Of a stretch of 64,000 nucleotides of DNA, positions 46,382 through 54,961 are shown piece by piece. The DNA is taken from the NCBI GenBank assembly GCA_017651425.1, contig JAGCCZ010000054.1, positions 11,198 to 75,197 on the forward strand, given 5' to 3'. Each line of letters starts with the position of its first letter. Position 1 is the first letter of the stretch. Source of the DNA: Bacteroidales bacterium (GTDB lineage Bacteria; Bacteroidota; Bacteroidia; Bacteroidales; WCHB1-69). The position numbers were made by a program, and so were the translations under genes. Under the pieces are notes generated by a model. It had not been told where the DNA came from, searched no databases, and was given only the letters and a program-made list of their open reading frames with translations.

Positions 46382-47479
46382 ATGTCATTTTTCAAGAAAA
46401 AACCCAAGGAATATCGTGCCACATCCTTGTCAGAGCTGACGTGGCAACGTTTCAAGAAAGAAAAAGAGGGAATGATCTCCCTCGGTTTCATCTTGTTGGT
46501 CATTGTCGTGGCCATCTTGGGGTATCTTATCACGCCGGACCACTCGCCGCATTGCAACCACCAGCAACTTGAAATCGCGCTCCGTTCGCCGGGCTTCACC
46601 ACACAACTGCTGCAAGTCGAGACAGGGCGGGAGGTTCCCAAGGCGGGTCTGCTGCGCAAAATGCTCACAGGGCAGCCCGACCGGTACCAGACCGTTCCCA
46701 TCAGCGAATACGAGGTGCGCGACAACACATTGCGCGCCCGCCTGCTGGAGCAGTCCGACTGGGTCGCATACTCCCTTGACGAACTGGCTGACGAGCCCGT
46801 GGTCACACGCAAGTTCCTGTTGGGCACGGATCGTTATGGACGAGACGTGCTCAGCCAGCTTATGATGGGCACGAGGGTCAGCTTAGCGGTGGGTTTCCTG
46901 TCGATATTCATCGCCCTCGTCATCGGCATAGCCGTGGGAGCCGTGGCCGGCTATTATCGCGGCAAGGTTGACGATGTGCTGATGTTCATCATCAACGTGG
47001 TATGGTCCATCCCCACCCTGCTGTTGGTCATCGCCATCAGTTTCGCTTTGGGGAAGGGCTTTTGGCAAATCTTCATCGCCATCGGTCTGACCATGTGGGT
47101 CGATATTGCGCGTGTGGTGCGCGGGCAGGTCATCAGCCTTCGGGAACAAGACTTTGTGGAATCCGGCAAAGCTTTGGGGTACAGCAACCTGCGCATCATC
47201 TTCAAACACATCCTGCCCAACATCACCGGCACAGTCATCGTCATTGCCGCCTCCAACTTCTCGTCCGCCATCCTCACGGAGGCGGGACTCAGCTTCCTCG
47301 GGCTCGGCGTGCAGCCCCCCATGCCGTCGTGGGGCATGATGATGAAGGAAAACTACGCCTACATCGTGCTCGACAAGGCATATCTGGCCATCGTGCCCGG
47401 CATCGCCATCATGCTCCTTGTGCTCTCCTTCATGCTCATTGGAAACGCATTACGCAATGCCATGGACGTGCGGGGATAA
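46382..47479 (+). CDS. ABC transporter permease (DppC/OppC type)
   Basis: ATG at 46382. N-terminal TM helix, a long extracytoplasmic loop, then the permease core with the EAA-like motif ESGKALGYSNLRIIFKHILPN. Confidence 0.8.
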   Translation: MSFFKKKPKEYRATSLSELTWQRFKKEKEGMISLGFILLVIVVAILGYLITPDHSPHCNHQQLEIALRSPGFTTQLLQVETGREVPKAGLLRKMLTGQPDRYQTVPISEYEVRDNTLRARLLEQSDWVAYSLDELADEPVVTRKFLLGTDRYGRDVLSQLMMGTRVSLAVGFLSIFIALVIGIAVGAVAGYYRGKVDDVLMFIINVVWSIPTLLLVIAISFALGKGFWQIFIAIGLTMWVDIARVVRGQVISLREQDFVESGKALGYSNLRIIFKHILPNITGTVIVIAASNFSSAILTEAGLSFLGLGVQPPMPSWGMMMKENYAYIVLDKAYLAIVPGIAIMLLVLSFMLIGNALRNAMDVRG

Positions 47480-47504
47480 GAGGGGCCTGTTTCCTTTTTT
47501 TTTG

Positions 47505-47512
47505 TATTTTTG
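47505..47512 (+). promoter_or_regulatory. Bacteroidota -7 promoter box (TATTTTTG)
   Basis: Matches TAnnTTTG, 38 nt upstream of the ATG at 47550. Confidence 0.45.
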
Positions 47513-47549
47513 CCGCCCTTTAAACGATTAATTCAAAAAACAAATAAAA

Positions 47550-48224
47550 ATGAAAAAATTACTCACATTCGGACTCGTGCTTCTTTTTGCTGGTTCCACG
47601 TTGTCCGTTAAATCCCAAGAAGAAATGACAAAAGAACAGAAAATCAGCTACGCCATAGGCGCCAATCTTGGCACCCAGGTGTCTCACGACGGCATTGAAC
47701 TCAACTTGGACGCACTCGTGCAGGGTTTGCGCGACGCCATGGCCGGCCAGAACAAATTCTCTGACGAGCAAATGCAAGAAGCATTCATGATGCTCCAGCA
47801 GGATATGCAGGCCAAGCAAAACAGTGCCGTTGCCGTTGAAAAAGAGAAAGGGAGAATATTCCTTGAAGAGAACAAGAAGAATCCGGACGTGAAGGTCACG
47901 CCTTCCGGTCTCCAATACAAAGTCATCACCATGGGCACGGGTGAAAAGCCTGCCGCTTCCAACACTGTGACCGTGAGATACAAGGGAACGCTCATCGACG
48001 GCACCGTCTTCGATTCCACCGAGAAGCAAGGCGGCGAGCCCATCTCCTTCCCGCTCAACGGCGTGATTCCCGGCTGGACGGAAGGTGTCCAATTGATGCC
48101 CACCGGTTCCAAATTCATCTTCTACATCCCCTCCGACCTCGCTTACGGCGACAGAGGCGCTGGCGCCCAAATCCCCGGCGGTGCAACCCTGATTTTCGAA
48201 ATCGAATTAATCTCATTCAAATAA
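47550..48224 (+). CDS. FKBP-type peptidyl-prolyl isomerase (FkpA/Mip-like, secreted)
   Basis: 224 aa. Signal peptide, N-terminal dimerisation helices and a C-terminal FKBP domain (VRYKGTLIDGTVFDS...GWTEG...IPSDLAYG). Confidence 0.85.
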   Translation: MKKLLTFGLVLLFAGSTLSVKSQEEMTKEQKISYAIGANLGTQVSHDGIELNLDALVQGLRDAMAGQNKFSDEQMQEAFMMLQQDMQAKQNSAVAVEKEKGRIFLEENKKNPDVKVTPSGLQYKVITMGTGEKPAASNTVTVRYKGTLIDGTVFDSTEKQGGEPISFPLNGVIPGWTEGVQLMPTGSKFIFYIPSDLAYGDRGAGAQIPGGATLIFEIELISFK

Positions 48225-48233
48225 AAAAGACAG

Positions 48234-48260
48234 GGGGCGAGGTCAACACTCGCCCCTTTT
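48234..48260 (+). terminator. rho-independent terminator after the FKBP gene
   Basis: ggggcgag (48234-48241) pairs with ctcgcccc (48249-48256) across a 7-nt loop, followed by TTTT. Confidence 0.75.
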
Positions 48261-48283
48261 GATAAACTCTTGCCCAGTTATTT

Positions 48284-49027
48284 ATGAAAAGAACAATCCT
48301 CATTTTCCTGCTTGCCATTATCGCCATCCCCGCCTTCACCTTCGCTCAAGTGGACTGCCCGCAAACCGACTGTCCCGGTCGCTGCGGTCGCTTCATTGAT
48401 GAAAACGGCGACGGGTTCTGCGACCACGGGCATCTCTCCAGCCAAGCCGAGGTAAAGGCCACCGAAGCGACCTCGACGGCAGAGGACGCTAAAGCAGCAT
48501 CCGAGACGAAAAACACAGCCCAAAAGCCTCAAACTAAGAAACAAGCAGATCAACCAGCCGCTTCGCCAAGCGAGAAGAGCGAGCCTGACGGTGTGACAGG
48601 AGCCACCGCGCCTGCCCCGGAAAATGCCGAACCCAACCTGTCTGCACCTGAAATGAATGAAGTTGAATCAAATATGGATGAATCATCTTCCGGAAGCCCC
48701 TACCATCTCATCCTCATCTCGCTACTCACAATCGGACTTTATGCGTTCACCTTCATCCTTGTCAAAGCGAAAGTGATGAAATTAGCCACCCACCGCAAGA
48801 TCTGGAATGTGCTGCTGCTCATAAGCGCGCTTGTCTCCTGTCTTCTTGGTTTTTTCCTCGTCATCCAAATCAACTATGACATCAAGATGGACTGGTTTTG
48901 GACCGTCAAACTCCTGCATGTAGAGTTCGGCATCGCCATGACCATCATTGCACTCTTCCACATCCTTTGGCACACCAACTATTGGAAAAGCCTCCTCAGA
49001 AACAAAAAGAAAGAGGAGCAAATCTAA
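48284..49027 (+). CDS. membrane protein with secreted Cys-rich N-terminal module and His-bearing TM domain (DUF4405-like)
   Basis: 247 aa. Signal peptide, CPQTDCPGRCGRFIDENGDGFCDHG, a low-complexity Ala/Glu/Pro/Ser/Thr-rich linker, then three or four TM helices with HVEFG...FHILWH. Confidence 0.6.
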   Translation: MKRTILIFLLAIIAIPAFTFAQVDCPQTDCPGRCGRFIDENGDGFCDHGHLSSQAEVKATEATSTAEDAKAASETKNTAQKPQTKKQADQPAASPSEKSEPDGVTGATAPAPENAEPNLSAPEMNEVESNMDESSSGSPYHLILISLLTIGLYAFTFILVKAKVMKLATHRKIWNVLLLISALVSCLLGFFLVIQINYDIKMDWFWTVKLLHVEFGIAMTIIALFHILWHTNYWKSLLRNKKKEEQI

Positions 49028-49059
49028 CAAGAAGATAATCATATAAACAACAAATATAC

Positions 49060-50850
49060 ATGATTTTAGAGATCACACTTGCACAAGAACTCAAGGTTGT
49101 TCTGAAAGAATTATACAACATAGACATCGAAGCGGATGCCTCAGTGGTGCAACCCACCCGCAAGGAATTCGAGGGTGACATGACCATCGTAGTGTTCCCG
49201 TATGTCAAGCTGGCGCGCAAGGCACCCGATGCCGTCGCGAAGGAGATTGGCGACAAATTGTGCGAGCGGCTCGACTGCCTGACGGGATACAATGTAGTCA
49301 AGGGTTATCTCAACCTCACCATTGCGGACAGTTTTTGGCGCGATCAGTTGCGCGACGGACACGCGAACGAGGTTTACGGCATTTTCACCCCACGCGAAGA
49401 GGCGCCTGTGCTGATAGAATACTCCTCCCCGAACACCAACAAGCCTCTCCATCTTGGGCATGTGAGAAACAATCTGTTAGGGCATTCAGTCTCGCAAATC
49501 CTGAAGGCATGTGGTCATCCGGTCGTACAGGTGAATCTCGTCAACGACCGCGGCATCCACATCTGCAAGTCGATGGTGGCCTGGCTGCGCTACGGCAACG
49601 GCGAGACACCGGAAAGCGCCCACATCAAGGGCGACCATCTGGTGGGCAACTATTACGTTGTCTTCGACAAACACTACAAAGAGGAGCAGGCCGGGCTTAT
49701 TGCCAAAGGCATGAGCGAGGAGGAGGCCGCACAGCAAGCGCCCATCATGCTTGAAGCCAGGGAGATGCTGCGTCGTTGGGAGGCCAACGATCCCGAAGTG
49801 CGCGCTCTGTGGCAAAAAATGAACCAATGGGTGTATGCCGGCTTCGACGAGACCTACCGCCGGCTCGGCATCCAGTTCGACAAGACCTATTACGAATCGA
49901 ACACCTATCTGCTGGGCAAAGCACTCGTGCAGGAGGGCCTCGACAAGGGCGTGTTCCAGCGCCACGAAGACGGCTCCGTACGCGTCAACCTCACTGAGGA
50001 AGGTCTGGACGAGAAAGTGCTGCTGCGCAAAGACGGCACCTCCGTCTATATGACGCAGGACCTCGGCACCGCGCAACTGCGCTACGAGGAATTCACTCCC
50101 TCGCGCATGATTTATGTTGTAGGCAACGAGCAGAACTACCATTTTGACGTGCTCAAGCTTGTTTTGGGCAAGAAACTCGGCAAAGCATTCGGCGACAGCA
50201 TATTCCACCTATCCTACGGCATGGTGGAGCTGCCTTCGGGCAAGATGAAGTCCCGTGAAGGCACCGTTGTGGATGCAGACGATCTGATGGACGACATGTT
50301 CATGGAGGCCAAGAAGAGCACGGAAGCACTGGGCAAGTTCGATTTCCAACCTGACGAAGCCGCGGCTCTCTACGAGATGGTCGGCCTTGGCGCGCTCAAA
50401 TATTTCATCCTCAAGGTGGACCCGTCCAAGAACATGCTCTTCAATCCGGCCGAATCCATCGACTTCAATGGCAACACAGCCCCCTTCATCCAATACACGC
50501 ATGCGCGCATCCGCTCGCTGCTGCGCAAGGCCACAGAGCAGTCGGTGGACATCAACGCGCCCCTTCCCGACGGCATCCACGCGGAAGGCGAGGAGAAGCA
50601 GCTTGTCAAGACGCTCTACAAATACCCGCAGGTGGTGCTTGCCGCCGGCGAGAATCTCAGTCCTGCACTCATCGCCAACTATGTATATGACCTTGCCAAA
50701 CAGTTCAACCATTTCTATCAAGAAACTCCTGTCATGCGCGAAACCGATTCCGACAGGCGATTGCTGCGCCTGCAACTCTCGCAATGGGTGGCCAACACCC
50801 TTCGCAACGGCATGAAATTGCTCGGCATCGATGTGCCTGAAAGGATGTGA
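49060..50850 (+). CDS. argS: arginine--tRNA ligase
   Basis: 596 aa. SSPNTNKPLHLGHVRN (HIGH region), GKMKSREG (KMSK-like) and a DALR anticodon-binding C-terminus ending in M. Confidence 0.95.
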   Translation: MILEITLAQELKVVLKELYNIDIEADASVVQPTRKEFEGDMTIVVFPYVKLARKAPDAVAKEIGDKLCERLDCLTGYNVVKGYLNLTIADSFWRDQLRDGHANEVYGIFTPREEAPVLIEYSSPNTNKPLHLGHVRNNLLGHSVSQILKACGHPVVQVNLVNDRGIHICKSMVAWLRYGNGETPESAHIKGDHLVGNYYVVFDKHYKEEQAGLIAKGMSEEEAAQQAPIMLEAREMLRRWEANDPEVRALWQKMNQWVYAGFDETYRRLGIQFDKTYYESNTYLLGKALVQEGLDKGVFQRHEDGSVRVNLTEEGLDEKVLLRKDGTSVYMTQDLGTAQLRYEEFTPSRMIYVVGNEQNYHFDVLKLVLGKKLGKAFGDSIFHLSYGMVELPSGKMKSREGTVVDADDLMDDMFMEAKKSTEALGKFDFQPDEAAALYEMVGLGALKYFILKVDPSKNMLFNPAESIDFNGNTAPFIQYTHARIRSLLRKATEQSVDINAPLPDGIHAEGEEKQLVKTLYKYPQVVLAAGENLSPALIANYVYDLAKQFNHFYQETPVMRETDSDRRLLRLQLSQWVANTLRNGMKLLGIDVPERM

Positions 50851-50865
50851 CACGATAATTCGCCC

Positions 50866-52581
50866 ATGAAACTTCAACCCATCTCCCCGACATCACGCAC
50901 ACACGGCCGCCTCAGTGCCGGCATAACGATGCTTTTAGCAGTCGTCACGGCACTATTCGGTGCATGCGCCAAGGTCGCCGCGCCGGTAGGTGGACCCAGG
51001 GACACCATGCCCCCGAAAATCGTCAAAGAGGTCCCCGCCAACCAGAGCGTCAATTTCCATGAAAAGCAGATTCGCATCACCATGGATGAATTTTTCACCT
51101 TGAACAATCCCAATGACAACGTGATGGTCTCCCCGCCGTTTACCCATCCCATCGATTTCTCAGTCAATGGCAAAACGCTCACCATGAAAATCAAGGACAC
51201 GCTGCGGGAAAACACCACCTACAACATCTTTTTCTCAAATTGCATACAGGACTTCAACGAAAGCAACAAGCTGAGCTCCTACCAATACAGCTTTTCAACC
51301 GGCAGTTACATTGACTCATTCATGATCGACGGGAAAGTGCAAAACGCCTTCACGCTTGAAAGTGAAGACAACTTTTTAGTCATGCTCTACCGTGAGGACA
51401 ACGATTCCCTACCCTTGAGCACCCTGCCCACATACGTCACCCGGACTCAAAAAGACGGGTCGTTCCATTTCCAAAACATCTCGGAAGGTGATTACACGAT
51501 TTTCGCGCTGAAGGACATCAACAGCAACTATTTCTATGATTTGCCCAATGAGGTCATCGCTTTTAACGACACACGAGTCCAAGCCTGTCCGCCGGAAGTC
51601 AAGGACAGCACGGGAAACGTCATCAGCGAGGACTCCGCTCGCAAGCCCATATTGCTCCACAGCTTTGTTATAACCGACCCCATTCCCAAACTCATGCATT
51701 ACGTCAACCCCGAGGCCGGTGTGTACAAGTTCCCGTTTTCTGCGTCTGTCGGCGACCTCCAAAGCACATTCACTGCCAATCCGGTTGAGTATTTCCAACA
51801 ATGGTCGGCCAACCGAGACACGCTGACGTGGTATCTCAAATCCCTGGATTTCGACACCATCCCAATCCTTTTCACTCGAGGCGAGCAAATCGACACGGTT
51901 CTCTTGAAGCCATACAAGGCCAAGCAGGCCACGGGAGGAAGAGGGGCAAAGACTGCGGTGACACCAAAACTGAGAGTTTCATTCTCAAACGAAGGCCATT
52001 GCTGCGAGCCTATGCTGATGCATTTCTCCTACCCTGTAAAACCGGTGGATTCATTCCCCGTTTTTCTTTCCTTCCAGCATCAAGGAGTCGCAGACACTGT
52101 TGTCAGCCATTTTTCCGTTCCTGACTCCTTCATCACCGAGCTGCCGATTCCGCTCAACTTGGAGAACAAGAAAAGTTACACCTTGATGATTCCCGACTCC
52201 ACATTCTTCGGGTACAACAACCTGACCAATGATTCCGTCAGGCTCTCGTTCACTTCTAAATCCGAGAAAGAGTATGGAAACATTCAAATCAATTATCGAC
52301 TGACAGGAGAGGATTATCCTGTCATCGTGCAGTTATGGCATGGAAAAACGATGGTGCAGCAGCACATTTTACAGGCAGACAGCACCATCGTTTACTCGCA
52401 TCTGGAGCCCGACGATTATCGCATCAGAGCAATTTTAGACATCAACGGCAACGGGCGATGGGATTCGGGCGACTATCACCTCAAACGCCAGCCAGAGCCC
52501 ATCATTCCTTTCCCGCACGACATTCATGTGCGTGCCTTCTGGGATGTGGAAGAGGATTTTAAAATTGATAGGAGTAGATAA
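50866..52581 (+). CDS. Ig-like (SbsA/Big_5-type) domain lipoprotein
   Basis: 571 aa. Lipobox ALFGACAK, then PRDTMPPKIVKEVPANQSVNF..., typical of Bacteroidota Ig-like-domain lipoproteins. Function unknown. Confidence 0.6.
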   Translation: MKLQPISPTSRTHGRLSAGITMLLAVVTALFGACAKVAAPVGGPRDTMPPKIVKEVPANQSVNFHEKQIRITMDEFFTLNNPNDNVMVSPPFTHPIDFSVNGKTLTMKIKDTLRENTTYNIFFSNCIQDFNESNKLSSYQYSFSTGSYIDSFMIDGKVQNAFTLESEDNFLVMLYREDNDSLPLSTLPTYVTRTQKDGSFHFQNISEGDYTIFALKDINSNYFYDLPNEVIAFNDTRVQACPPEVKDSTGNVISEDSARKPILLHSFVITDPIPKLMHYVNPEAGVYKFPFSASVGDLQSTFTANPVEYFQQWSANRDTLTWYLKSLDFDTIPILFTRGEQIDTVLLKPYKAKQATGGRGAKTAVTPKLRVSFSNEGHCCEPMLMHFSYPVKPVDSFPVFLSFQHQGVADTVVSHFSVPDSFITELPIPLNLENKKSYTLMIPDSTFFGYNNLTNDSVRLSFTSKSEKEYGNIQINYRLTGEDYPVIVQLWHGKTMVQQHILQADSTIVYSHLEPDDYRIRAILDINGNGRWDSGDYHLKRQPEPIIPFPHDIHVRAFWDVEEDFKIDRSR

Positions 52582-53218
52582 GATACAGCACCGAGTTAAA
52601 CTGTTTCTTGATGCGCCTGTTGACAGCCCAGTCGGGAATGCGCACAGGCACAATGGAATTGGAATAGCGGAGCGTGATGCCGTGGTGTTCTTTGAACACA
52701 TACGTCAGGCCACCCATCATTGAAAACTCCATTCGATTGAACGCAGGCCTGCCCAATATTCGTCCATATACATCCCTTTCATGGGCATAGATATTCACGC
52801 CGAATGCAGGGCCGAGTTCAAATTCAAAATCACTGCTGTTGCGGATAGTAATTCTTGCAATGCGGAAACGAAGCAGGACGGGAACCTCAATATAGCCAAG
52901 ATTAAGCACATATTTCGCCATTGGGTTCACCGCTTGCCCGGGACGAGAGAAAGAGTGACTGCCCTTCATTACAAAATCCATTTCCATTTGCAATTTAAGG
53001 CCAAATTTGGGTTGTTCCACCAACACACAGTTGGCGAATACGCCTGCCATAGCACCCAATTTATGGAATCCAGCCAAATTGTCCCCGGAAATCTGGGACG
53101 TGGTCGCTCCCGCAAGGACACCTCCCTTGAAAGTCCCCACCGGCGGCCGGTCTTGAGCGCTGACATTCAGCCAGAATGCAAGGAGCAGGAAAAGAGCAGT
53201 GCAGGTTCTGTTATTCAT
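52559..53218 (-). CDS. small outer-membrane beta-barrel protein (porin-family/PorT-like)
   Basis: 219 aa. Signal peptide ending VSAQ, alternating strand pattern and a terminal ...IYSYQF. Confidence 0.5.
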   Translation of the reverse strand: MNNRTCTALFLLLAFWLNVSAQDRPPVGTFKGGVLAGATTSQISGDNLAGFHKLGAMAGVFANCVLVEQPKFGLKLQMEMDFVMKGSHSFSRPGQAVNPMAKYVLNLGYIEVPVLLRFRIARITIRNSSDFEFELGPAFGVNIYAHERDVYGRILGRPAFNRMEFSMMGGLTYVFKEHHGITLRYSNSIVPVRIPDWAVNRRIKKQFNSVLYLIYSYQF

Positions 53219-53799
53219 CAGTTCAGATTAATGTATTTGGGGATTCGGAGCCAATGTTCATAGTCGGGCCCCAGAATGCGCACCGACTCGGACCAGACAG
53301 ACTCCGGTTCTTTGTGGAACACCAGTTCGGGGGTCGGGTTGCCGATGACCCACATGTTCTTGCCAATCTCATCCTCCAGCTGTCCGGGCGACCAGCCGGC
53401 ATATCCCATCAGAAATTTGCAATTGCCGGAAGCCATGGCATTGCTTTCAATCTGCGTCAACAGACTTTGGTCGTATCCGACATAGACTTTCGGCACAATG
53501 CGGGATGAGGCGGCGTTGTTTTCAATATCGTGCAGCAGAAAAAGGGCCCATGGCATCACGGGGCCGCCTAAAAACATGGGGGCATCCACCCGCAAGCCAT
53601 CCACCAGGTCGCGCACACGGTAAGGAAGCCGCCTGTTGATAATCAAGCCTGTACACATCTCCGCATCGTAATCCGTCAACAGCACAACCGAGCGATTGAA
53701 GAAGGCGTCGTTATAGTACGGCACCGAAATCAACAGCCTGCCGGCGGCCAACGAGAAGCCGGTCTGCTTGACTTTCAATAAATCGCTCGCGTATGGCAT
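53218..53799 (-). CDS. YqgE/AlgH-family protein (UPF0301)
   Basis: ATG at 53799. GRLLISVPYYNDAFFNRSVVLL...GLIINR...LGGPV...GYAGWSPGQLEDEI matches the pattern of E. coli YqgE. Its stop overlaps the next gene's ATG (ATGA). Confidence 0.8.
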   Translation of the reverse strand: MPYASDLLKVKQTGFSLAAGRLLISVPYYNDAFFNRSVVLLTDYDAEMCTGLIINRRLPYRVRDLVDGLRVDAPMFLGGPVMPWALFLLHDIENNAASSRIVPKVYVGYDQSLLTQIESNAMASGNCKFLMGYAGWSPGQLEDEIGKNMWVIGNPTPELVFHKEPESVWSESVRILGPDYEHWLRIPKYINLN

Positions 53800-53824
53800 A
53801 CAAAAGGCATATTCTTTTACGCGG

Positions 53825-53832
53825 CAAAAATA
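53825..53832 (-). promoter_or_regulatory. Bacteroidota -7 promoter box (TATTTTTG on minus strand)
   Basis: caaaaata on the plus strand, 26 nt upstream of the ATG at 53799. Confidence 0.45.
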
Positions 53833-53896
53833 ATATATTTTCCGAAAAGAGCACACACCTTTTCCTATTGAAAAAACAACGGACTTTGAATTTTAC

Positions 53897-53904
53897 TATC
53901 TTTG
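53897..53904 (+). promoter_or_regulatory. Bacteroidota -7 promoter box (TATCTTTG)
   Basis: Matches TAnnTTTG, only 6 nt upstream of the GTG at 53910. Confidence 0.4.
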
Positions 53905-53909
53905 CACCC

Positions 53910-54878
53910 GTGAAAAAAATAACCCTCATCCTGTTCGCCCTGCTGCTGTTGAGCGGGGCCTGCCAGCGTGCCACCGTGCAGAAATTCGACGGCGTCGCAC
54001 TCGGCACCACATTCCACATCGCCTACGTCGGCGACCCCGACCCGGCCCTACCCTCGCAGGTGGACTCCGTGCTGCGACAGATCAACAGCACCTTCTCCAT
54101 CTTCGACACCAACTCGCTCATCTCACGGGTCAACGCAGGCCAGGACCCCGATTTGAGCGACGATTTCCTCCGTGTCCTGCGAACCGCCCTCGACATCACC
54201 TCCAAGACCGGCGGAGCGTTCGACTGCACTGTGCAGCCCCTCGTGGAGCTCTGGGGTTTCGGACGCGGGAACCAAAAGCAGATCGTGCCTCAAACGACCC
54301 TCGACTCCGTAAGGCAGTTCATTGGCAGCCGGCTGATACACCTCCAAGACGGGCGGTTGGTGAAAGACGACCCGCGCGTGAAGCTCGACTTCAACGCCAT
54401 TGCCAAAGGCTTCGCGGTTGACAAAGTAGCAGAGCTTCTTGTGGCAAAAGGGCACAAAGACTGCTTAGTCGAGATCGGCGGCGAAATTGTCGCGCACGGG
54501 AGCAAGGGCAAGAGACCTTGGAGAGTGGGTATCCAGACCCCGACTGCCACGGCTGACGGCCCGGTGGAGAGCCAACGCAGTTTTGAACTGCATGACCGCG
54601 CCGTGGCCACCTCCGGCAACTACCGGAACTTTTTCGAAAAAGACGGCAAACGATACACCCACATTCTGAATCCCGCCACAGGATGCCCCGAGGAGACCAA
54701 TCTGCTCAGCGTCACGGTCGTGGCCCCCGACTGCACCACCGCCGACGCCTACGCCACCGCCTTCATGGTGCTGGGATTGGAGAGGGCCTTGCAAATCGTG
54801 AAGGGAGACGAGGAGATAGAGGCATGCTTCATCTATGACGAGGGCGGAAAACTGAAGGTGGAATCCACACTGCCGTGA
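53910..54878 (+). CDS. apbE: FAD:protein FMN transferase (ApbE family) lipoprotein
   Basis: GTG at 53910 gives VKKITLILFALLLLSGAC (lipobox) and then ApbE-like sequence (FDCTVQPLVELWGFG, AIAKGFAVD, VATSGNYRNF). The upstream part of track ORF 53793.. would bury the signal peptide. Confidence 0.75.
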   Translation: MKKITLILFALLLLSGACQRATVQKFDGVALGTTFHIAYVGDPDPALPSQVDSVLRQINSTFSIFDTNSLISRVNAGQDPDLSDDFLRVLRTALDITSKTGGAFDCTVQPLVELWGFGRGNQKQIVPQTTLDSVRQFIGSRLIHLQDGRLVKDDPRVKLDFNAIAKGFAVDKVAELLVAKGHKDCLVEIGGEIVAHGSKGKRPWRVGIQTPTATADGPVESQRSFELHDRAVATSGNYRNFFEKDGKRYTHILNPATGCPEETNLLSVTVVAPDCTTADAYATAFMVLGLERALQIVKGDEEIEACFIYDEGGKLKVESTLP

Positions 54879-54961
54879 AAATTGGAACAAACAGATTCAT
54901 CATTCAAAAAAGAGAACTTTAATTTGAAACAAACATTTATTGACCAACAGAGACTCAAAAC

